Virus record (IMG/VR): IMGVR_UViG_3300042453_003986
Coordinates: 14,042-78,041 of that record
From: a virus
DNA: 64,000 nt
Direction: 5' to 3' (one strand)
The translations under genes and the position numbers were made by a program. Shown one piece after another: positions 50,798 to 58,350 of this stretch. Within the stretch, counting starts at the first letter, position 1, and every line of letters starts with the position of its first letter. The notes under the pieces were generated by a model. The model saw nothing but the letters and a program-made list of their open reading frames with translations. It was not told the origin of the DNA and searched no databases.

Positions 50798-51157
50798 ATG
50801 ATTTCGCTTACTGAATTGTGGATTGTTGTAGGGCTTGCTGTACTGTTCGGTGTAGCTTACACGCTTGTAGTTCATTTTCTTAGCGGTCTAATGCGTCGAT
50901 TAGGTAATCATCCTAAAATACGCGCTGCATACCGCAAAATTTTACGCCGTCGGGCAAAAGGACCTAAGGATTATGGTGTGCCCGTGCTGCTCGAGGCGGT
51001 GCACACACCTACCGATCGGTACGTTGAGTATGTGTGGAACTCGCGCTGCTCTTCGCCTTATTTAATTTATGTCGACGGTATTCTTATTCGCTGGGCCGAC
51101 ACAAAAGAGCGCGGCCAAGCTATCTTTATTGAAACTGTTCAGGAGGAATCTTTGTGA
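50798..51157 (+). CDS. Hypothetical membrane protein
   Basis: N-terminal TM helix; GGAGG RBS. Confidence 0.6.
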   Translation: MISLTELWIVVGLAVLFGVAYTLVVHFLSGLMRRLGNHPKIRAAYRKILRRRAKGPKDYGVPVLLEAVHTPTDRYVEYVWNSRCSSPYLIYVDGILIRWADTKERGQAIFIETVQEESL

Positions 51158-51816
51158 TCGAATACGCTATTCCAACTCTTAATCAACTTCCTTGGGTTCG
51201 AGATAAGCACCTACCGTCTTTGGACTTTTCGCTGTTTTCAAGAGTTTCTCTAATCGTCAGCGAGATGGACGAGCAAAAGGCGGCTATTTGTCAAGAGCTA
51301 ATAACCCGCTATCCTTTGCAAATTACGTATGCTGATTACAATGTAGGGGTTGCTGGTTCTTGGAACGCGTTTATGTCGCAGGCAATGCTTCGTAACGCCC
51401 ACGCCATTATTCTTGCAAACGACGACATTGAGCATAAAGGAAAAGCATTGGCGAGTCTGTGCGAAGCGTTGAAAGACCACCCGTTTGCTTACATTGCTGC
51501 CCCGGCAAGTAATATGTATAGTTGCTTCGGCCTGCAGTTAAGTGTGCCTCGGTACGTTGGTATGTTTGACATCGAGTTTAGCCCGGCATACTTTGAAGAC
51601 AACGACTATGACTACCGTCTAAAACTCGCAGGAGTTCCCGTGCACCGCGTTGAGGGTGACTATTTTCACAAAGGAAGTGCTACTCTCGGTTTGTTTGATT
51701 GGCAGCGACGGCAGATGCACCACCATAACTTCCGTAAAAACGCGGAATATTACGTACGAAAGTGGGGAGGTATGCCCGGCGATGAACGATACACCGTTCC
51801 GTTCAATGGTGAATAA
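51154..51816 (+). CDS. GT-A (GT2-like) glycosyltransferase
   Basis: N.GVAGSWN, LANDD, G.FD..FSPAYFEDNDY..R, H.GS.T, Y..KWGG. Confidence 0.85.
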   Translation: MIEYAIPTLNQLPWVRDKHLPSLDFSLFSRVSLIVSEMDEQKAAICQELITRYPLQITYADYNVGVAGSWNAFMSQAMLRNAHAIILANDDIEHKGKALASLCEALKDHPFAYIAAPASNMYSCFGLQLSVPRYVGMFDIEFSPAYFEDNDYDYRLKLAGVPVHRVEGDYFHKGSATLGLFDWQRRQMHHHNFRKNAEYYVRKWGGMPGDERYTVPFNGE

Positions 51817-51820
51817 GATA

Positions 51821-52045
51821 ATGGTGACCCTTGTCATTGACCCGAAGACGTATAGCCACAACGAGCTTACGCTGCTGTTACGGACACTTGAGCGTGCGTG
51901 CCGCAGCGTGGGCTTTTCTGCATACTCTGCTGATCAGCTCGTTTGGCAAATCATTGTGGAGGATTTTGACGAGGCGTTTTGGAAAAAGATGGCCGACGCA
52001 AACAATTTTAAGCTGTACACACATTCGATGACGCAGCATTGGTAA
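51821..52045 (+). CDS. Hypothetical protein
   Basis: Non-overlapping 3' part of ORF 51650-52045. Confidence 0.45.
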   Translation: MVTLVIDPKTYSHNELTLLLRTLERACRSVGFSAYSADQLVWQIIVEDFDEAFWKKMADANNFKLYTHSMTQHW

Positions 52046-52050
52046 AGGAC

Positions 52051-52079
52051 TTGCAGATTCATTTGTTCTGTGCTACACT
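52051..52079 (+). promoter_or_regulatory. Sigma70-type promoter
   Basis: TTGCAG-17-TACACT with a TGn extension. Confidence 0.5.
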
Positions 52080-52115
52080 CTAGGCAGGATTCAGTTAACT
52101 TGAGAGGAGAACCTT

Positions 52116-52283
52116 GTGGATCTTTTCGCTACACGCTACTACATCCGCCGAAACAAAAACATTTGGGAGGTTTGGAAGTCGACGTTGCTGACTTCGCGAC
52201 TAATGGCATGGGCGTTAACCAAAAAAGACGCTCAGGCCATTTTGAACACACTCGCTCAGCGAGATCAGGAGTTTGAACAATGA
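52116..52283 (+). CDS. Small hypothetical protein (55 aa, not in ORF track)
   Basis: GAGGAG RBS, GTG start, MDLFATRYYIRRNKNIWEVWK...; ATGA-coupled to the next gene. Confidence 0.55.
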   Translation: MDLFATRYYIRRNKNIWEVWKSTLLTSRLMAWALTKKDAQAILNTLAQRDQEFEQ

Positions 52284-52885
52284 AGTATTCTGTAGATTCC
52301 CCGATTGTAGGTGCTCCACAGCGAAAGTGGGTAACGCAAGAGCATGTAGTAAACCGCATTATGCAGCGTATTCCTACACCGCTGTATACGCGGCACGATT
52401 TCGAGAAGTCGATTGTGCCTGCATACTTCCAAGTGTGTGAGCTCACCCTAGTAGACCCGTTGATCGCAATCGCGCAGTGTATGCACGAGACAGGGAACTT
52501 TACGAGCTGGTGGTCACAACGCCCCCGCCGTAATCCTGCAGGTATTGGAGTTACGGGCCATACCTCCGCCGCTCGCCCAGCAGACGTGACCACGTGGGCA
52601 TATGACACCGAGGCGCGGTTGTGGCGTGCGGGTCTTTCGTTTGCTTCGTGGAGTAGTGCCGTTGAAGTGCATGTAGGGCGTCTTGTAGCATACGCGCTGA
52701 AGGGGTCGGCACACACAAGCGCGCAGCGGTACTACAGCGAGCTTGCTTTGGCTTATCGACCGTTGCCAGAAAAGTACCATGGTTGTGCACCGACGCTTCG
52801 CGGACTTGGGGGCACATGGGCGTATCCGGGGTTTACTTATGCGGGTAGACTTGCAGCGTACGCAGACTGGTTAGCAGAAGGGTAA
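52280..52885 (+). CDS. Glucosaminidase-like (lysozyme fold) peptidoglycan hydrolase
   Basis: DPLIAIAQCMHETG..RNPAGIG..F.SW...L.GTWA.PG..Y pattern. Confidence 0.7.
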   Translation: MKYSVDSPIVGAPQRKWVTQEHVVNRIMQRIPTPLYTRHDFEKSIVPAYFQVCELTLVDPLIAIAQCMHETGNFTSWWSQRPRRNPAGIGVTGHTSAARPADVTTWAYDTEARLWRAGLSFASWSSAVEVHVGRLVAYALKGSAHTSAQRYYSELALAYRPLPEKYHGCAPTLRGLGGTWAYPGFTYAGRLAAYADWLAEG

Positions 52886-52894
52886 TCACCGGTT

Positions 52895-52980
52895 GCCGGG
52901 TTGGCGGAATGGCAGACGCGACTGTTTTAGGGGCAGTTGGGCTTACGCTCATGCGGGTTCGACTCCCGCACCCGGCACCA
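52895..52980 (+). tRNA. tRNA-Leu (anticodon TAG)
   Basis: Acceptor GCCGGGT/ACCCGGC-A-CCA; D arm GCGGAATGGCAGACGC; anticodon arm ACTGT-TTTAGGG-GCAGT; long variable arm; T arm GCGGG-TTCGACT-CCCGC. Confidence 0.92.
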
Positions 52981-52998
52981 CTAGAAAGGAATAACTGT

Positions 52999-53277
52999 AT
53001 GGAGATCATGGTGTACATTATCGAAAGCACTTCAGCTGAGGTAAGCGCGGTGCTTTCTATTCACGATGCGGGTAAGTATGAAGTAATTGACATCCGCACG
53101 CAGACGCAGCCTTCACCCAAGGGCCACCCATGTACGCTTGTGTACCGAGGATACCGCGGAGCATTTTACTGTGACGGTCTCGGTGACGCCCCAGCGGAGG
53201 CAATTGCGCACCTTCGCAACACCCGTGGTTTCCCATTTACCAGTCCGGTAAGCAGCGTTAAGTATCTTCGTGTCTAA
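52999..53277 (+). CDS. Hypothetical protein
   Basis: GAAAGGA RBS then ATG 52999, downstream of the tRNA. Confidence 0.6.
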   Translation: MEIMVYIIESTSAEVSAVLSIHDAGKYEVIDIRTQTQPSPKGHPCTLVYRGYRGAFYCDGLGDAPAEAIAHLRNTRGFPFTSPVSSVKYLRV

Positions 53278-53285
53278 GGAGTCAC

Positions 53286-53660
53286 ATGTACCATCTTACT
53301 TACTCCTCGTGTGAACTGATTGCCCGAGAAACAGACTACTTGCGGTTCGGCTTGTGGGGTTTTTACTGGAAGGAGCTGGAAAAAGATCGCAGGTACACTA
53401 CTGGTTACTTTTCTGTGCATGCTTATCGGAATCGCGAGCATGCTCCGCTTTACCTCGCGGTTGTCGCGGCTTCGACAGAAAGGCTCGGCACCGAGATTTT
53501 GACGCATACACCTAAAAAAGCGTGTAACTCGCTTGATGCGATTCACGCGTTAGTGGCCAAGCAGCTAAAAACGAAGGAGTATGTGGTAACCCCAGACTCC
53601 CAGCCTATTCTTTCGTGGTTTGAAGTTGTTCAGCACCAAGAACTTACGGAGGTTCGATGA
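53286..53660 (+). CDS. Hypothetical protein
   Basis: AAGGAG RBS; operon packing. Confidence 0.6.
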   Translation: MYHLTYSSCELIARETDYLRFGLWGFYWKELEKDRRYTTGYFSVHAYRNREHAPLYLAVVAASTERLGTEILTHTPKKACNSLDAIHALVAKQLKTKEYVVTPDSQPILSWFEVVQHQELTEVR

Positions 53661-54319
53661 TTAACAAGTATATTATTGACTGCAGCCACACACGCACCGA
53701 ATTGTGCAATATTGGGGCAGCGGCTGGTACCGACAAGTCGCCGTTCAGTGAAAATACGCCGAGTGGGCACAGACACGCGTACACTGCTGTATACGATCTG
53801 CTCTTTGGGCAGATTCGGAACGAGCTTATTACTGTCGGAGAGATTGGGATTGAGCGCAATCAGTCAATGCACATGTGGCGAGCGTATTTTTCAAACGCGT
53901 TTTTACTTGGGTGGGAGTACGATGAGCAAAAAATTGAGCGAGCGCGCGGTGCAGAGCTTTTTCGCACTGAATACCACTTTATGGACGTTCGCTCAGTAGA
54001 CTCAATAGTGCGGGGGTTTGAAGCTGACGGTCGACTTCTTGACGTACTGATTGAAGATTCTAGCCATGAATTTGATGATCAAGTTCGAGTGCTATCAGTA
54101 GCTCACCGATTTTTGAATCCCGGCGCTTACTTTGTAATTGAGGATGTCTACAAGCGAAATTCTGAGGCTGCTTACGAGGAGGCGCTGTCTTCAGTCTCTA
54201 AGTACTACAGTTCAATGTTTTTTGTCGAGCCACTACATCCGCTGCAGTACTCTGGGGATGCACAAAGCGATAAACTTTTGGTTCTTCGGCGAAACGAGGA
54301 TTACGTAGGTGATGTATGA
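53657..54319 (+). CDS. Class I SAM-dependent methyltransferase (sugar O-methyltransferase-like)
   Basis: GTDK..H.Y...Y, EIGI...S..MW..YF, DVLIEDSSH, LNPGAYFVIED. Confidence 0.8.
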   Translation: MINKYIIDCSHTRTELCNIGAAAGTDKSPFSENTPSGHRHAYTAVYDLLFGQIRNELITVGEIGIERNQSMHMWRAYFSNAFLLGWEYDEQKIERARGAELFRTEYHFMDVRSVDSIVRGFEADGRLLDVLIEDSSHEFDDQVRVLSVAHRFLNPGAYFVIEDVYKRNSEAAYEEALSSVSKYYSSMFFVEPLHPLQYSGDAQSDKLLVLRRNEDYVGDV

Positions 54320-54498
54320 AGATTGCAAACTGTCTTTGCCGTCAATGCCGCCTTAGCAGCCGCCGACGTCAGACGTATCTGAACCAACGGCGTGCAGCAC
54401 GCCGCAATGTCAAAGAGCGAATCCGCTACGAGACCCATCGCAAAGCGTACAACGAGATCGACCCTCCCAAAACGTACCGCGGGAAATATGCCGCTTGA
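54316..54498 (+). CDS. Small basic Cys-containing protein
   Basis: ATGA coupling; CLCRQCR; Arg-rich. Confidence 0.5.
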   Translation: MKIANCLCRQCRLSSRRRQTYLNQRRAARRNVKERIRYETHRKAYNEIDPPKTYRGKYAA

Positions 54499-54524
54499 CA
54501 ACTACTTAGTGGTTTAGGTACAAT
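54495..54524 (+). promoter_or_regulatory. Sigma70-type promoter
   Basis: TTGACA-18-TACAAT. Confidence 0.65.
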
Positions 54525-54583
54525 AGGAACAAAGCCTGCGTGAACTATCCTAGGCTATGGGCACGCAGGCTTTGTATAATTAC

Positions 54584-54645
54584 GGGGCGGTATATCAGTG
54601 GTAGAGAATTAGTGCGCGGGGTTCGATTCCCCGCCCGCCCCACCA
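54584..54645 (+). ncRNA. tRNA-like RNA lacking the anticodon arm
   Basis: GGGGCGG/CCGCCCC-A-CCA acceptor, D-loop AGTGGTA, T arm GCGGGG-TTCGATT-CCCCGC; only about 8 nt between D and T arms. Confidence 0.75.
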
Positions 54646-54773
54646 TTTTCGTGAGGTCACGAAATAGATACGAGGAGACAACTTCGTCAGGCGACTTGAT
54701 GAAGAGTTGTCAAAAGATACTCACTAGTGTGTTTTCATTTATACACGCCAGACCGGTGTGTAAAGGAGAAGAG

Positions 54774-55121
54774 ATGAACATTGTAAACTTGACGCCGCAC
54801 ACGATCAGCATTGTGCGGAAGGACGGGGAAACCATTCAAGTTGCTCCGACGGCTCCGGCCGCGCGTGTCCAGCAGCAGAACGTAGTGGTCGACGAGGTTT
54901 TTGGGATCGCAGTTAGCGCGGTGCAATACGGCGAGGTGGAAAACCTTCCCCCTCCTCAAGAGGGCACGATTTACGTCGTGAGTGCAGTGGTAGCACAGCA
55001 ATGCACCCTTCGTTCGGATGTGTATGCTCCTGATACAGGGCCGTCAGCGATTCGCAACGAAGCAGGGCAGATCACTGCGGTTCGTGGATTAGTAAGCACT
55101 GCGTGGGCCGCCCGATTCTAG
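54774..55121 (+). CDS. NLTPH-motif protein (possible Crn4-like ring nuclease)
   Basis: MNIVNLTPH...AR...LP.P..G.IYVVS..VA...R.D..AP...R...G.I..V..L; AAAGGAG RBS. Confidence 0.5.
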   Translation: MNIVNLTPHTISIVRKDGETIQVAPTAPAARVQQQNVVVDEVFGIAVSAVQYGEVENLPPPQEGTIYVVSAVVAQQCTLRSDVYAPDTGPSAIRNEAGQITAVRGLVSTAWAARF

Positions 55122-55133
55122 AGCAAATTCGAT

Positions 55134-55162
55134 TTGCATTCTATTTTGGGTTGTGATATACT
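55134..55162 (+). promoter_or_regulatory. Sigma70-type promoter
   Basis: TTGCAT-17-TATACT with a TGn extension. Confidence 0.65.
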
Positions 55163-55173
55163 ACGTATCAATA

Positions 55174-55223
55174 GGGATGGTTGCAGCACTTCTACTGCTC
55201 TATCAATGCAACAAAACCATCCC
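55174..55223 (+). ncRNA. Small structured RNA 1 upstream of the DUF2828 gene
   Basis: GGGATGG/CCATCCC terminal stem, TTGCA/TGCAA upper stem, loop GCAC...TCAA. Confidence 0.6.
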
Positions 55224-55233
55224 GCATAACAAT

Positions 55234-55292
55234 GGAGTGGGTGCAGCACACAACTTCAACCTTGTCAATGCACGACCAGTCAAACCCACTCC
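55234..55292 (+). ncRNA. Small structured RNA 2 (paralogue of RNA 1)
   Basis: GGAGTGG/CCACTCC terminal stem, GTGCA/TGCAC upper stem, loop GCAC...TCAA; compensatory changes relative to RNA 1. Confidence 0.6.
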
Positions 55293-55352
55293 GAGTATCT
55301 TATCTTCTGTGCACGGGATCCCTCGTGCACTTTCGATGCAAAGGAGTCTCGT

Positions 55353-56810
55353 ATGCTGAAAGCACTCGTACAGAATGAGACGGTCACCAACAACGGCATG
55401 GCGGCCTACCGCTCAACAAACTCGGCCTGTTTAGACCTGTTCTACAAGATCGGGGCAAGCCGCGGGAAGGACATCACTCAGCCGTTTTTTGCTGCCTATC
55501 AGGAAAACCGCGAATTAGCTCTTCGCATTGCCCTTTGGGCACGAGACGCACGTGGAGGTGCGGGCGAACGCCAAGTGTTTCGCGACATCTTGGTTATGCT
55601 CGAAGAGCTTGACCCAATGCTGGTGCGGCTCTTAATCCCACGCATTCCTGAGCTTGGCCGCTGGGATGACCTGCTGGTGTTCAAGACCAACTGGGTGAAA
55701 TCTGCTGTCTACAGCTTTATTGCCGTAGCCCTTGAAGCAGGGGATCGCCTCTGTGCCAAGTGGATGCCGCGAAAAGGCCCTGTCGCAGCGGAACTGCGGC
55801 GCGTATTGGGGAAGTCTCCTCGCGAGTACCGCAAGTACTTGGTAGAGCGCACCCATGTCGTAGAGTCGCAGATGTGCGCCCGTCAATGGGACCGCATCGT
55901 GTTCGACACCGTACCCAGCTTGGCTAGCGCCCGGTACCGCAAGGCGTTTTGGCGGAACGCCGAAGAGGCATACCGCACGTACGTTGAGGGCTTGGCCAAC
56001 AAGACCCGCAAGGTACATGGCAACTTGTTTCCTCACGACGTGGTTCGCTCAGTGCTCTTCTCAGAAGCCACTGATCCTGCGTTTCGCGCACTTGAGGAGC
56101 AGATGATCGAAGCGCAGTGGGCCGCTTTGCCGACCTACTTGCAAGATGCTCGTATTCTTCCGTTAGTCGACGTCAGCGGGTCGATGACCTCGCCGATTTC
56201 GGGGAAGCTGCGGGCGATGGACGTGGCCATTTCTTTGGGTTTGTACTGCGCAAGCAAAAACACTGGCCCATTCAGTGACTTGGTCATGACTTTTTCAGAG
56301 GTACCGACGCTGCTGTCTCTGGAAGGATCGGTCGTCGAAAAAGTGCGTCAGCTGGAGAGCGCTCCTTGGGGTATGAACACCAACTTTGCTGCCGCCTTGC
56401 AAGAGCTGCTGAGCCTTGCCCAGCGAGAGTCTGTGCCCCAGTCAGAGATGCCGGAAGTACTGTTGGTGTTGTCCGACATGCAGTTCGACTCGGTGGAGTC
56501 ATACCGCAGCAAGAAGACAACTGCTCTTGCAGAGGTACGTGAGAAATACGTGCTTCACGGGTACACGCCGCCCACGATCGTGTTCTGGAACCTCAAAGAT
56601 GAGGACAACGTACCGGCCACCCTGCGGCACGACAACACGGTCTTGGTAAGCGGCTACTCACCCGCGTTGCTCAAGAGCCTCTTGGCCACGTTACAGGCGG
56701 TTCGCGGACAGGACGCGCACGCTCGTACACAAGCGCTGCAGAACCTCTCGCAGGCCATGATGTACCTTACGGTAGACGTCCCACGGTACGATCCTCCGGT
56801 ATCCGTCTAG
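55353..56810 (+). CDS. DUF2828-family TROVE-like + vWA domain protein
   Basis: T.NG..ST.SACLDLF, ARD.RGG.GER, GRWDDL, AKW.PR, MIDAS DVSGSM, WGMNTNF, SDMQFD, IVFWNL, VSGYSP. Confidence 0.85.
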   Translation: MLKALVQNETVTNNGMAAYRSTNSACLDLFYKIGASRGKDITQPFFAAYQENRELALRIALWARDARGGAGERQVFRDILVMLEELDPMLVRLLIPRIPELGRWDDLLVFKTNWVKSAVYSFIAVALEAGDRLCAKWMPRKGPVAAELRRVLGKSPREYRKYLVERTHVVESQMCARQWDRIVFDTVPSLASARYRKAFWRNAEEAYRTYVEGLANKTRKVHGNLFPHDVVRSVLFSEATDPAFRALEEQMIEAQWAALPTYLQDARILPLVDVSGSMTSPISGKLRAMDVAISLGLYCASKNTGPFSDLVMTFSEVPTLLSLEGSVVEKVRQLESAPWGMNTNFAAALQELLSLAQRESVPQSEMPEVLLVLSDMQFDSVESYRSKKTTALAEVREKYVLHGYTPPTIVFWNLKDEDNVPATLRHDNTVLVSGYSPALLKSLLATLQAVRGQDAHARTQALQNLSQAMMYLTVDVPRYDPPVSV

Positions 56811-56870
56811 TCGACTAGCGCAACGGCCTCAGATTGGCCACCAGCCGCGATCTGCGGCACTTCTCCCTCT

Positions 56871-56902
56871 CCCCCTTACTCAGAGTAAGGGGGTGCTTTT
56901 TT
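56871..56902 (+). terminator. Intrinsic terminator
   Basis: CCCCCTTACT/AGTAAGGGGG hairpin then TGCTTTTTT. Confidence 0.75.
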
Positions 56903-57140
56903 GTGCCCGCAAAACGGCGCTGGTGATGGCCACGACCGAACGAGGGGCTGACAGGAGCAGGGGCCAAAACGGGTCGGTGGGTTTTTAAAATTTGTGAGGG
57001 TCACAGGGGAAATAGGGGGGAGACTTGTGACTACTTTGTGACTACCATGCACAGTAGTCAACGGTCAGACTAACAGTTAGTACTGACTGCTTGTGACTTG
57101 CAAATGTCAAGTCACCGACGTCCGCAGAAAGGACAGTACC

Positions 57141-57449
57141 GTGAAGATCATCATCCACCCCACCGCCACCGCCGACCTTGCCCGCATCCCCGCCGCCCAC
57201 ATCCTCGTCAGCCTCCGGGCTGACGGCATGTACGAGGTCTCGATCTCGGTCGACCCCGAGGTCGAGGTCTTCGAGACCATCGACCCCGAGATCGAGGTCT
57301 TCGAGACCATCGACCCCGAGATCGAGGCGATGGACGACGAGATCGAGGTCGCCATCGACCCTGAGGTCGAAGTCGACGTTGACGACCAGTATGAGTACTG
57401 GTACGAAGACGAAGACGACTGGGAAGTCGTCGACGTTGAGGTCGAGTAA
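57141..57449 (+). CDS. Highly acidic repeat protein
   Basis: GAAAGGA RBS + GTG; (I/V)DPE(I/V)EV repeats (30-nt tandem units). Confidence 0.7.
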   Translation: MKIIIHPTATADLARIPAAHILVSLRADGMYEVSISVDPEVEVFETIDPEIEVFETIDPEIEAMDDEIEVAIDPEVEVDVDDQYEYWYEDEDDWEVVDVEVE

Positions 57450-57450
57450 G

Positions 57451-57560
57451 CAGCGAAACACGTCTCACTCAGTGCGATTGAGTGAGACGTGTCTACGGTT
57501 GTTGCTCATAAGAGTAACGTAAAATTGATCCGTACTGATGAGCTGTTTCAGTATTCTTAC
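57451..57560 (+). ncRNA. Type II hammerhead ribozyme, copy 1
   Basis: CAGC-GAAA, 14-bp stem III, GTC site (cut after 57493), stem I TACGG/CCGTA, CTGATGA, GCTG; loop I TAAGAGTA pairs with 3' tail TATTCTTA. Confidence 0.92.
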
Positions 57561-57575
57561 AGCAAGGAGTTTGTC

Positions 57576-58016
57576 ATGTTGAAGTTGCTTAAGCTTGTGT
57601 TTGTATTCATCGTCCGCGCAATCATCGTCGCCGCAGCAGTCGCAGCGGCTGTCGGCACCATCGTCGAGCTTTCGCTCGGTGAGGGTGTTGGCTACTTGGT
57701 AGCTATTGTCCTCGGCGTCGTTATGCTAATCACGCCTGCTGTTGAGGCAGTCGTGCGGTCAACACAGCTCATCAAGGCGGGTAACCGCTTCGAGGCGGCT
57801 GTCGCAGCCTTCATGGCTGCGCAAAGCGAGTACGCCGAGCGCAAGGCGTTGGCTGAGGTCCGCGCTGAGTGGAAAGCAGTCCACGGGGTCCTCTGGGAAG
57901 TTGAAAAGTGGTACGGCTGTTCAGCAGCTGCAAAGCGGATGACCGCCGACGTCCAGTCACGCGTATTCGCTTGCGAGCGCGCACACGAGAACAGCCGGCA
58001 CGGCAACAACTGGTAG
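57576..58016 (+). CDS. Two-TM membrane protein, paralogue A
   Basis: AAGGAG RBS; two hydrophobic helices; LWEVEKWYGC. Confidence 0.7.
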   Translation: MLKLLKLVFVFIVRAIIVAAAVAAAVGTIVELSLGEGVGYLVAIVLGVVMLITPAVEAVVRSTQLIKAGNRFEAAVAAFMAAQSEYAERKALAEVRAEWKAVHGVLWEVEKWYGCSAAAKRMTADVQSRVFACERAHENSRHGNNW

Positions 58017-58025
58017 TTGTTGCCC

Positions 58026-58057
58026 CTGCAACGCTCACCTGCAGATATGGATGTGAG
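58026..58057 (+). ncRNA. Pseudoknot motif B, copy 1
   Basis: CTGCA-acg-CTCAC-c-TGCAG-atatggat-GTGAG. Confidence 0.6.
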
Positions 58058-58116
58058 AAGTATTGTCTGCGGACTACACAGTGTAGATCCGCTTAGCTCT
58101 TGAAAGGAGCACGGCT

Positions 58117-58350
58117 ATGCCAATCTACTTCATCTTGACCAACGGCTGTATCCGCGGCTTCGGCAGCGAGGAGATTTACCACATCGGGGTTGACCCCGAG
58201 GTGGAAATCAGCCAGCTCCGTCGGGGCGAATTCGTTCGCCTCGAGTGGAGCCTCTACCGCGTTATCTCGGTAGACGGGAACGAGGCTGTGTTGGCGCGGT
58301 CCAAGCGGTCGAAAGGCCGCTGGGCGCGCGCAACGCGCATCGGCCGCTAG
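58117..58350 (+). CDS. Hypothetical protein
   Basis: GAAAGGAG RBS; 77 aa. Confidence 0.65.
   Translation: MPIYFILTNGCIRGFGSEEIYHIGVDPEVEISQLRRGEFVRLEWSLYRVISVDGNEAVLARSKRSKGRWARATRIGR

Noticed and set aside
52895-52980. tRNA with TAG in the anticodon loop as an amber suppressor or sign of a recoded genome
   Set aside because: Anticodon TAG reads CTA (Leu); a suppressor would need a CTA anticodon. Genes are intact in the standard code and many end in TAG.
52909-52998. N-terminal extension of ORF 52909-53277
   Set aside because: It overlaps the tRNA-Leu gene; the RBS supports ATG 52999.
54584-54645. tmRNA or permuted tmRNA piece
   Set aside because: No G3:U70 pair, no tag reading frame, and both acceptor strands lie within 62 nt.
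57489-57575. Identical 29-aa N-termini of ORFs 57489 and 58389
   Set aside because: These are translations of the ribozyme repeat; the real starts follow the AAGGAG RBS at 57576 and 58476.
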